A DNA stretch of 64,000 bases from Phyllobates terribilis (GCF_046119375.1 NW_027362762.1:453840001-453904000), one strand, 5' to 3'. Positions 39,338-49,949 are shown, counted from the first letter of the stretch. Translations and numbers: made by a program. The notes: generated by a model not told the origin, from the sequence alone.

Positions 39338-41013
39338 GTACCTCCCCCCTTACGCCCCCTCTTCTTCAGGCCTGCCAGAATCTTCCGCAGGGAATTCGAG
39401 GACCAGTCGTTCACTGGGTTGGAGGGGGACAGAGACTTGAGGGTAATCTCTGCTTCGAGGTACATCTTGTCAAGCTCACAGGAAAAAATAGACGGGTTAT
39501 CAGGTACATAATGAGGAAAAGTCACTGTCTCTTTGTTATCTGGTGGTATCCCGGAGGATTCAGGAAACAACTGGAGGTCCTCCGCCGGGTCAGAAGAGTG
39601 CAGAGGCTCAGAGAAAACAACTGCTTCAGAGTACACTAGGTCGGACTCACTGGAGGAAGCAGGCGAGGTATCGGGTACCGAGTATAGGAAAGTCTCTGTC
39701 CATTCACCACCAGGTGGCACCCCGAAGGGTTCTGGAGACAGCTGGCGGTCCTCCGCCTGGTCAGAGGGGTGTAGAGACTCACGGGTAACCTCTGCTTCAG
39801 AGTACACTAGGTCGGACTCACTGGAGGAAGCAGGCGAGGTATCGGGTACCGAGTATAGGAAAGTCTCTGTCCATTCACCACCAGGTGGCACCCCGAAGGG
39901 TTCTGAACACAACTGGAGGTCCTCCGCCTGGTCGGAGGGGTGTAGAGACTCGGGAGTAACCTCTGCTTCGGAGTACACTAGGATGGACTCACTGGACGAA
40001 GCGAGCGAGGTATCAGGTACAGAGTATAGGAGAGTCTCTGTCCTTTCGCTACCAGGTAGCACCCCGAAGGGTTCAGGAGACAACTGGAGATCCTCCGCCT
40101 GGTCGGAGGGGTGTAGAGACTCGGAGGTAACTACCACTTTGGGGTACCCATTGTCAGGCTCACAGGACGAAGCGGACAAAGTATTGTGTACCGGGTGTAG
40201 AGAGGTCTCTCTCCATTTGTCATCGAGTGGTATCCCGGAGGGTTCAGGAGGCAACAGGGGATCCTCCGCCAGGTAGTAGAGGTGCACAGACTCTGAGGTA
40301 ACCACAGCTTTGGAGCATCCTTGGACATGCACACCGGTTAAAGAGAGAGAAGCATCTGATGCCGGGTGCAGGAAGTTCTCCTGTGTGGAGTCTGGATGGG
40401 CAGAAGTCTCTTCGGGTAGGAGAACTGATGCACTACCCACGCACATTACCCATTGGGGTTTCTCCGGGATACAGGGAGATGAAGCTTCAGTAGGGACTTC
40501 AAGGTTGGGGTCAGGAGGTCTCAGGGAGGACAGACCCTGGCGTGACGGCTTGCCTCTAAGTCTAGCACGTCTGGACTGCCTCTTGAGGTTGAGAGAAGTA
40601 TTCCGGAAAGCGTAGTCACCCTGTGAGGATTCTGGGTGGGCAGTAGTCTCATTGGGCTGGAGGACTATTGCGCTACCCACACACATTACCCATCGGGGCT
40701 GCTCCGGGATATTGGGAGGTGAAGCTTCAGCAGGAGCCTCCGGGTTAGGATCATCGAAGACCATTAGAAAGGCCACCAGGAAGGCCATTAGGTCCCGGAG
40801 GATCGGATCCTGTGTTTCATATAGGGGGTTGATCCATTCCAAGGCATCACCCGCCAGGTAAGACATAATAAAGGCCACTTTAGCCCAATCGGAAGGAAAA
40901 TAGAGAGGGTAGGCCTTAAAGTGTAGCATGCATTGCTCCACAAATGCACGACACTGTCTTGGATCCCCATAGTAACGTGGCGGATCCGCAGGAACGAGAG
41001 CTGATAGATCCAT
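39109..41013 (-). CDS. Sushi/LDOC1-like Gag capsid fused to acidic Pro/Ser-rich 57-aa repeats, 634 aa
   Basis: ATG at 41013; PPRYYGDPRQC...AKVAFIMSYLAGDALEWINPL...FDDP resembles the RTL/LDOC1/PEG10-type capsid. No CCHC, protease, RT, RNase H or integrase motif. Confidence 0.85.
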   Translation of the reverse strand: MDLSALVPADPPRYYGDPRQCRAFVEQCMLHFKAYPLYFPSDWAKVAFIMSYLAGDALEWINPLYETQDPILRDLMAFLVAFLMVFDDPNPEAPAEASPPNIPEQPRWVMCVGSAIVLQPNETTAHPESSQGDYAFRNTSLNLKRQSRRARLRGKPSRQGLSSLRPPDPNLEVPTEASSPCIPEKPQWVMCVGSASVLLPEETSAHPDSTQENFLHPASDASLSLTGVHVQGCSKAVVTSESVHLYYLAEDPLLPPEPSGIPLDDKWRETSLHPVHNTLSASSCEPDNGYPKVVVTSESLHPSDQAEDLQLSPEPFGVLPGSERTETLLYSVPDTSLASSSESILVYSEAEVTPESLHPSDQAEDLQLCSEPFGVPPGGEWTETFLYSVPDTSPASSSESDLVYSEAEVTRESLHPSDQAEDRQLSPEPFGVPPGGEWTETFLYSVPDTSPASSSESDLVYSEAVVFSEPLHSSDPAEDLQLFPESSGIPPDNKETVTFPHYVPDNPSIFSCELDKMYLEAEITLKSLSPSNPVNDWSSNSLRKILAGLKKRGRKGGGTVTYLAASLHGGPSPTVQEGALDLLSRMSLWLPSMLSVCVCFCCLRAAPDHFLPFVPAVGHTPCASSAYCCLSLGI

Positions 41014-41153
41014 CTGGACGGTGCGTAATTTCGCCTGGAACTCAGCTAAGAGAAAAAAAATTTTATTTATTTATTTTAATGCATATATTCGCTGGAAAAC
41101 TTCTCAGAGGGCGAAGGCCGTGGGGCTCAACGGGAACCATGGCCTGAGCATGC

Positions 41154-42513
41154 TGTTATGCACACGCCCGGGCTAAGCGGCGTGTGCGTGTGATTGTAGT
41201 GATTCCACTGGACCGTGCCGGAGAGTGAATGCCTGGAGGGGCGTGACTAAGTATTCACCCGATCCGACCAGGGTCGCACGACGGCATACGACGCCAGTGC
41301 ACCAAGGAGGAACCGAGCAGAGGGACCAGGTGCTACTCCAGGACAGACCCCGGACACGGCTGTTGACCCACACTGGGGAATACAGGAACAGGCTGGTAGG
41401 CTGGCACACAGACTGGTGGGTATAGGCAGGCACGACTGGTATGCAGGCAGGCGGGTATGCAGGCAGGGGGGTAAAGGCAAGCACAGCTAGAGTGCAGACA
41501 GGGAGGCACTAGCAGGTAGGAACACAGGCGGGATAGGACCCAGTACACACCGGGACTCAGGAACAATACAGGCAGAGGGTTACAGGCAAGCACAGCTAGA
41601 GTGCAGACAAGGCTGAGCAGGGAGGACAGGGCTCTGTTCACACGGAACAGACAGGAAGGGAAAGACAGAGCCAGATACTCACACAGTACTTGCAGAGACA
41701 ACAAGCAGGAGTTAGGTACGAGTTCAGACTCTGCAGAAAAAGGAAGGGAACGGACATAGAGGCAAAACAGGTAAAGGACAGGAGAGAGTTCAGACTGGAA
41801 CTGAGTGTACGGAGGAGACCGACACTGCAGAGGGATACAGGAGCGGGTCTGGGAATACGGCCCCCAGAGAGGCGGAACGAACAGGCAAGGAGCGTGTTCA
41901 GACAGGACAGACCAGACGCAGGAGCGGGTCTAGGAAATCGGCCACTAGAAGGCGGAACGAACAGGCAAGGAGCGTGTTCAGACAGGACAGACCAGAGAAC
42001 ACAAAAAGGACACAGTTCAGACACGGGAGCTGAAACCGCAAAGCAGGAGACATACAGGACTCAGTTCAGACACGGGAGCTGATACCGCAAAGCAGGAGAC
42101 ATACAGGACACAGTTCAGACACGGGAGCTGATACCGCAAAGCAGGAGACATACAGGACTCAGTTCAGACACGGGAACTGACACAAAAAGCAGGAGACAAG
42201 AGACGGGACCTGGCACCTTCAGAGTGCAAGCACACACTGAAGGAAAACACTATGCTCAGGCAGGGATAGAAGGGAGCTGCTGAGCTATATACCAAGTGAC
42301 AGACAGCAATAGGCTGAGGACGCACAAGGGGTGTGACCCACAGCAGGTACAAAAGGCAGGAAGTGATCGGGCGCCGCCCTTAAGCAGCAGAAACAGACAC
42401 AAACAGACAGCATGGAGGGAAGCCAGAGAGACATTCTGGACAGGAGATCAAGTGCGCCCTCTTGCACAGTGGGAGATGGACCACCATGCAAGGACGCCGC
42501 CAGGTATGTTACA
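41154..42513 (-). repeat. 5' LTR of the Gag-only element
   Basis: TATATA at 42291-42286 (minus); predicted transcript start near 42261. Confidence 0.95.
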
Positions 42514-43110
42514 CTCCCTCAGATGGGCCATAACCTCTGCCACCACCTTTGTGAAGACTCTTGGGGCTATTGCTAACCTGAAGGGGAGAGCCGTATATTG
42601 GTAGTGCCTTATTGTGCCCCTTATCGGTATCGCTACCCTCAGGAATTTTTGGTAGTCTCTGTGTATGGGGACATGATAATATGCGTCCTTCAGATCCAGG
42701 ACAGACATAAAACAGCCTGGGAACAACAATTTCACAGATGTTTTTATTGACTCCATCTTGAACGAATGAAGTTTCAGAACCCTGTTCAATTTCTTTAGAT
42801 TTACAATAGTCCTGAATGTTCCATCCGGTTTCTTCCTGAGGAATAGAGGGGAGTAGAACCCATCGCCTACCTCCTGAGCTGGGACTTCCCAAAGGACTGC
42901 CTTGTCCACTAGGCCTAGAATCTCTTGTTCTAGAGCCAACTGCTCTACCTCTGAAGACCTCACAGGGGTTACTATGAAATTTGGACGGGGAGTGGAGAGG
43001 AACTGGAATCTTAGCCCCGATTTTATCAGGTCTAAAATCCAGCGCACGTTTGATATTTTTTCCCAGGCCGGGAGGAAATGGAGAAGCCTCCCTCCCACCT
43101 GGGGCTGCCT
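42514..43110 (-). pseudogene. DIRS RT N-terminal half
   Basis: VGGRL...FYSPLFLRKKPDGTFRTIVNLKKLN...LDLKDAYYHVPI...ALPF..APRVFTK. Confidence 0.92.
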
Positions 43111-43148
43111 TTCATTGGGCGGGTTTCTTATTGTCACTAGGGGGCCTG

Positions 43149-44671
43149 TTAAACAAAAACCCCTTGGCTTTTCTCTGCCTCCTGTCCTCCCACCTGTCCT
43201 GATCTTGGGGGGGGTCTCCTTCGCATGAATTTCCTACTCCAAAAAGATTTCCTAAAAGAAGTACCAGAGAGGACCGGGAAGCCTTTTTTGTTATCCCCGG
43301 CCTTGTCCAGGATATCATCCAGAGTAGACCCGAATAAGAATTCTCCCTCACACGGGATGGAGCACAGCCTAGACTTCGTTTGGAGGTCGCCTGGCCAGCA
43401 TTTGAGCCAGAGGGCCCGCCTAGCTGCGTTTGAAAAACTCCCAGCCCTAGCTGCCAGCCTGATAGAGTCGGCTGAGGCGTCAGCCAGAAAAGCCGCTGCG
43501 CCCTTCATCACTGGGATGGAGTCTATTATATCATCCCTTGAGGCTTTATCCTTCAACTGCGCTTCTAGTTGGTCTAGCCAGACCATCAAAGATCTGGCCG
43601 TGCATGTGGCTGCCACCGCGGGTTTTAACACCCCCCCCCCTGCCGCCTCCCAAGCTCCTTTAAAAAAGGAGTCAGCTTTCTTATCCATAGGGTCTTTAAG
43701 CACCCCCATGTCCTCAAATGGCAGGGAAAACTTTCTAGAGGCCTTGGCTATCGCAACGTCAATTTTAGGCGCCTTCCCCCAGAAGGAGCACACAGGGTCC
43801 TCAAAGGGGTATTTCCTTTTGGGTGACAACAACCCTTTCCTCTCTGGTTTTCTCCATTCCCTCTTAATCAGAGATTGTACTTGATCATTAAGAGGGAAGG
43901 ATCTCTTTTTCTTCTGTCCTAGGCCACTAAACATTATGTCCTGGATAGACTTTTTAGGGTGAGGATCAACGAACCCCATAGTAGACCTAACCACCTTAAT
44001 CAAGGTATCGGTTCCATCTGTAGGGAAACAGCTACGACCCCCGTCCCCTGAAGACGACTAAGACGATGAATCGGAGACTACTCCCTCCTCGTCTGAACCA
44101 CTGGACTCCAGCACCGGGGATAGGTGTCTAGTTTTCCCTTGTTTCCCCCCCCCCTTCCGCAGGGACTTAAAGGTGTCCTCCACCTGAGATTTAATCAGGG
44201 ATCTGAGTTTGGAGGCAAACTTAGGGGTCTCCTCACAGATAATTTGCTCGATGCATGAGTTGCACTGTCTCTTTTGCCATGCAGTGGGCAGATCCGCTGC
44301 GCAAAGCGCGCAGGCCCTGTGCTTGGACTTGCCCGTACTCTTCCTTCCCTGAGAAGAAAAGAGAGGGGGGTCTCAAGTTACAAGTGAGCTTTCACGAAGA
44401 TCACTTACCGACCCGTAGTAAGAGGGAATACCGGATTTGAAGAGGAACCCGTTCCAGTAGCTGGGTCCTTCATCGAGGCTGACGCCGCGCTGGAGTCCTT
44501 GCCACGTTGTGAAGACCTGCCAGAACGCCCGCTTCCTCCGTCACCTTGCCGTGAAGGGCCGCTGGAGGATCCTTTCATACGCTTCCTCTGAGGCGATGGT
44601 GAGTGGGGGTGCAGGGACTGCACCTCCTGCTCACTCATAGCTGCAGAGTGCCAGAGAATGCCAGGAAGCAC
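43149..44671 (-). pseudogene. DIRS ORF1/gag-like (disrupted)
   Basis: ORF 43149..44003 (WGKAPKIDVAI...LKDPMDKK...RRALWL...GEFLFG) is typical of vertebrate DIRS1 ORF1; the upstream portion is broken. Confidence 0.75.
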
Positions 44672-45339
44672 TTCCCCTGTGCTTCCCTGGCCATTTAAAC
44701 TTTATAGGGGTCCGCCTCCCCTTCTGGCCTGGCACCTGCGGCTATCAGGTGTGCCCCCCCCCCCCGCTAGGCCACCGCTGTGTACCATTAGTAAGGGGAG
44801 CGCCCCCCCCCATGCGGGCAGTTTCCTGCGCGCGTTTGAACGCGCCGCTCCCAGAGGGACCCGCGGCCGCGTCACTTCTCCAGGCAGTCGTCCGGCGCGC
44901 GCGCTTCGCGAAGCCCAGGCGAGCCTCCGACCCACCTGGGCCTCGACGCCACCGGAGACTGCGGCGATCCAGCTCTTTGCTGTGTCGCGTCTCCCTGCCA
45001 TCCTAGAGGCCCGCTGACCCCAGCGGTGGCGCTACAGGACACCGCACCAGCTGAGGCAGGGAACCCCCGCTGCCTGAACCGGTCTGGCCGGGCTTGGTAA
45101 GTTCTCATTTTCTTCTTTTCTTCATTCCTTTTCAGGAACTTCCATCCGTAGGTCCCTGTCAAGGACAGGAAACCAACTGATGCGGGAGAGAGATGCCGCC
45201 CTTTTTATCTGTAGGTTTCCTGTCCTTGAAGGGCGGATCCCCTCTCTCCGTGGTGTCGTCATGGGCAAAGAGAAATCTGTACTATAATATGGCGCTCCTT
45301 CCCTTCTGAGCTGTGCTTGAAAAGTAATTCCCGATTGCA

Positions 45340-45702
45340 TTAAGGGTCCGTGCCCACGATGCGTTTTTCAAGCGTTTATGCTGTGGAATTTTTGCAGCGT
45401 AAACGCTTGGGAAACGCTTGGTAATCCTTCTCCCATGGTCCCCAATGAAATTCCTCACTTTTAATGCCTATGCTGCGGAATTTTCCGCAGCATTTTTGAT
45501 GTGCGGAAAAATCTGCAGCATGTCCATTATTTGTGCGTTTACGCATGCGGAATTGCCATCTACAATGCATTAGAAAACGCAAGGCAATTCCACATGTGCA
45601 AAACGCGCGAAAAACGCGTGTCATATTCCGCACACGTTTTTCCGGGCAAGGAGATGCGGAAATTTTCTGCTTCATTTCTGCATCGTGGGCACATAGCTTT
45701 AA
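45340..45702. mobile_element. T2-type MITE
   Basis: TTAA...GTGCCCACG / CGTGGGCAC...TTAA; related copy at 59448-59830. Confidence 0.75.
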
Positions 45703-48536
45703 GGTATTGGCACACTTAGGAGAAATTTTTACAACAAGCTGAGGTCCATTTTTATCTACTAGCCCTTAGAACAATTTAAGATTTGGGGCTAAAACAACAT
45801 TTTAGTTGTAAAAATGTAATTATTCTTTTTTCAACACCCAATGGTATAAAATTCTGCAAGGCACATGTGGTGTCAATATGCTTACTGCACCCCTAGATTA
45901 TTTCATTGAGGGGTCTCATTTCCAAAATGGGGTCACTAGTGGGGGATTTCCACTGTTTAGGCACATAAGGGGCTCATCAAATGCGACATGGCGTTCGTTC
46001 TCGATTCCAGACAATTTTGCTTTCAAAAAGTCAAATGGCGCTCCTTCCCTTCCAAGCCCTTCTGAGTTCCCAAATAGTATTTTTTTCCCCACATATGGGG
46101 TATTGACGTACTTAGGAGAAATTGCACAACACAATTTTGGGATCCATTATCTCCTGTTACCCTTGTAAAAAAATTTGGGTCTAAGGTAACATTTTTGTAA
46201 AAAAAAGTTAAATGTTCTTTTTCTCCTTCAATATTGCTTCAGTTCCTGTGAAGCGACTGACGGGTTAATAAACTTCTTGAATGTGGTTTTGAGCATCTTG
46301 AGGGATGCAGTTTTTAACCCCTTTACGACATAGGGCGTATTAGTACGTATCTGTGCCCTGGGCCTTATGGACCAGATACATACTAATACGCCCTGGCGAT
46401 TTCGCCCGCACACAGAATGTGCGGGTGCGATCGCCGCAGGGTGTCAGCTGATTGTCACAGCTGACACCCAGGGCTATGTGCAGGGAGTGGTCCCGCACCG
46501 CTCTCGGCACATTAACCCCCGCAATGCTGCGATCGAAGTCGATCGCAGCATTGCGGTGACTAAGGGGAGGTGATCGGTGTACTCACCTCTTCCGGCCTCC
46601 AGCGCTGTCTGCCGCGGCTTCCTGGATGCTGCCATGACGACCCGATGAGGGGTCTAGTTTCCAAAATGGGGTCAATTGTGGGGGGTTTCCACTATTTAGG
46701 CACATCAGGGGCTCTCCAAACGCGACATGGTGTCCGCTAACAAATTGAATGGAAAATCGGCTCAAATTGTTAGCGGACACCATGTTGCGTTTGGAGAGCC
46801 CCTGTGTGCCTAAACATTGGAGCTCCCCCACAAGTGACCCCATTTTGGAAACTAGACCCCCCAAGGCACCTATCTAGATGCATAGTGAGCACTTGGAACC
46901 CCTAGGTGCCTTGGGGGGTTTAGTTTCCAAACTGGGGTCACTTGAGGGGGAGCCCCAATGTTTAGACACACAGGGGCTCTATAAACGCGACATGGTTCCA
47001 ATTTGTTAGCGGACACCATGTTGCGTTTGGAAAAAGTGGAAAAAAAATACTTTTTCATTTTTACGAATCAATTTGTGAAGCACCTAGGGGTTCCAAGTGC
47101 TCACTATGCATCTAGATAGGTGCCTTGGGGGGGTCTAGTTTCCAAAATGGGGTCACTTGTGGGAGGTTTCCACTGTTTAGGCACATCAGGGGCTTTCATA
47201 ACGCAACATGGCGTCCGCTAATTATTCAAGCAAATTTTACAATCAAAAAGTCAAATGGCGCACCTTCCCTTCCGAGCCCTGCCGTGCGCCCAAACAGTGT
47301 TTTTTCCCCACATATGGGGTATCTGCGTGCCCAGGGGAAATTGCACAACAAATTTTGGGGTCCATTTTTTCCTGCTACCCCTGCGAAAATAAAAAAAATT
47401 GGGTCTAAAGTAACATTTTTGTGAAAAAAGTTAAATGTTCATTTTTTTCTTCCACATTCCAAAAATTCATGTGAAGCACCTGAAGGGTTAATACAGTTTT
47501 TGAATGTGGTTTTGAGCACCTTGAGGGGTGCAGTTTTTAGAATGGTGTCACTTTTGGGTATTTTCTGTCATAAAGACCTCTCAAAGTGACTTCAAATGTG
47601 ATGTGGTCCCTAAAAAAATGGTTTTGTAAATTTTGTTGGAAAAATGAGAAATCGCTGGTCAACTTTTAACCCTTATAGCTCCCTAACAAAAAAAAATTTT
47701 GGTTCCAAAATTGTGCTGATGTAAAGTAAACATGTGGGAAATGTTATTTATTAAGTATTTTATGTGACATATCTCTCTGATTTAAGGGCATAAAAATTCA
47801 AATTTTGAAAATTGCAAAATTTTCGCCAAATTTCCGTTTTTTTCACAAATAAACGCAAGTGATATTGAAGAAATTTTACCACAGTCATGAAGTACAATAT
47901 GTCCCGAAAAAACATTCTCAGAATCAGGGGAATCCGTTGAAGCGTTCCAGAGTAATTTCCTCATAAAGTGACAGTGGTCAGAATTGTAAAAATTGGCCTG
48001 GTCATTAACGTGCAAACCACCCTCGGGGGTAAAGGGGTTAAAATGGTGTCAATTTGGGGTAGTTCCTGTCATATAGGTCCCTCAAACTGACTTTAAATGT
48101 GATATGGTCCCTAAATAATGGTTTTGTAAATTTTTTTGGAAAAATGAGAAATCGCTGGTCACTTTTACCCCTTCTAACTTCCTAACAAAAAAAATTGTGC
48201 TGATGTAAAGTAATCATGTGGGTAATGTTATTTATTAACTATTTTGTGTGACATAACTCTCTGATTTAAAGACATAAAAATTAAAAGTTTGAAAAGTGCG
48301 AAATTTTCAACATTTTTGCCAAATTTTCAGGTTTTTTTCTCAAATAAACGCAAGTCACATCGAACAAATTTTACCATTATTATGAAGTACAATATGTCAC
48401 AAAAAAAAACAATTTCAGAATCAGTGGGATCCGTTGAAGCGTTCCAGAGTAATTACCTCATAAAGTGACAGTGGTCAGAATTGTAATATTTGGCCTGGTC
48501 ATGAAGGTGAAAACAGGCTTTGGGGACAAAGGGGTC
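45703..48536. mobile_element. Large internally repetitive non-autonomous element; its left part at about 34680-35245 was separated by the DIRS insertion
   Basis: Recurring AAATGGGGTCAC...GGCACATCAGGGGCTCT modules; AAAGGGGTTAA-type end at 48031-48042; sequence continuity across the DIRS ends. Confidence 0.55.
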
Positions 48537-48757
48537 CATGTTCACACTATTAGTATTTGGTCAGTATTTCACATCAGTATATGTAAGCCAAAACCAGGAG
48601 TGGGTGATAAATACAGAAGTGGTGACGAGTTTCTATTATACTTTTCCTCTAATTGTTCCACTCCTGGTTTTGGCTTACAAATACTGATGTAAAATACTGA
48701 CCAAATACTGAACGTGTGACCATAGCCTTAGTCAAATATACTAATGAGGTGTTCAAT

Positions 48758-49051
48758 GCACACTTAGTGAGACCGTGCAGCTCAGTGCACACTTAGTGAG
48801 GCTGTGCAGCTCAGTGCACATTTAGTGAGGCCGTGCGGCTCTGTGCACACTTAGTGAGGCCATGTGGCTCAGTGCACACTTAGTGAGGCCATGTGGCTCA
48901 GTGCACACTTAGTGAGGCCGTGCAGCTCAGTGCACACTTAGTGAGGCCGTGCAGCTCAGTGCACACTTAGTGAGGCCGTGCAGCTCAGTGCACATTTAGT
49001 GAGGCTGTGCAGCTCTGTGCACACTTAGTGAGGCCATGCGGTTCTGTGCAC
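48758..49051. repeat. 29-bp minisatellite, about 10 copies
   Basis: Unit GCACACTTAGTGAGGCCGTGCAGCTCAGT; period 29 at 48758/48787. Confidence 0.95.
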
Positions 49052-49949
49052 CTTCCAATCAACTTGTTTTCTATCTATCTCTGCCCTCCTCTGTAAAGCC
49101 ACAGCTGTCAATCATGGAAGATGACGCATAAGTAGATGGAATACATTTGGGTGGGAAGGTGCACTGAGCACCTCATGGGTATATTTGAATAAAACATTTC
49201 TGGAAAACACAACAGTAAATTTGGGCACTAAAGGTTATTATTAGGGCTATGTTCCCTACAGGGTGCTGCTGTGCTTGGTTTGAACAGTCTTTTTGTGCAG
49301 ACTCCCTTTAAAGTGGCCTGACGCATGTTCCTCTATCAGCTAGTTCTCCCGACCACACGATCTATAGATGTACACTTGGCACATGCCCCCACCCTGCTTG
49401 GCATTTGGAATCTTTAGAGAGTCGCTAAGTACCCATTCACATGGGAACAGCTCATAGAATCATATAGTCACAGGTGAGCTCAGTTACACTCTTTACAGTC
49501 AGGGGGCGCTACAGACACAGTGATGGTGGTACATGATTGTGTTGCAATCTTTTCCATGTCTCATCCGCAGTGCAAGTAACAGGAGGGCAGGGGATGCAGC
49601 ATTTCTGGAGACATCTTTTGATAAAAGGCCATGTACATTTTTTTATTGCTGCAATAAATCTAAAATGAAAAATGCTGAAAATATTCTTTATTAAAAATGT
49701 CCTGCGGTATTATGTCTCCAGCTACTATGCATCTCCATGGTTACAGACAACAAACAAACTGTAGTCTCTATTTTACCTGCCCGCTGGAGGAGCCTGGGAC
49801 ACCAATGAGTGTGACAACGAGCGCCATCTCCATAAAGTCACATTTCTGTTAATCGGAATTCATATGCAAAACCAATCAGTTCTATTTCCCCATAGCTACA
49901 AGCCTGGCCCAGCTCTCACTTCACCCCAAAACCTCCGCGTCTCACTCAC

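Larger units (their letters stand above)
37978..42513 (-). mobile_element. Non-autonomous Gag-only LTR retrotransposon (Tf1/sushi-like), very recent, inserted in the DIRS RT
   Basis: 1360-bp LTRs at 37978-39337 and 41154-42513 (offset 3176, TGT...ACA, identical on inspection); 5-bp TSD CTCCC at 37973-37977 and 42514-42518; PPT AGGGGGGAGG at 39350-39341. Excision restores DIRS RT AHLRERNILIVPYLDD in frame. Confidence 0.95.
35246..45275 (-). mobile_element. DIRS1-type tyrosine-recombinase retrotransposon (decayed, split by an LTR insertion)
   Basis: ITRs at about 35285-35380 and 45160-45265; 5' end TTTCTC at 45275; ICR at 35577-35659 complementary to both termini; gag, RT/RH/MT and YR ORFs on the minus strand. 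Confidence 0.95.

Noticed and set aside
40330-40420. AHPDSTQENF...DAS resembling the RNase H start (HPD...DAS) in the Gag-only ORF
   Set aside because: Spacing is wrong, downstream RNase H motifs are absent, and AHP belongs to a duplicated module.
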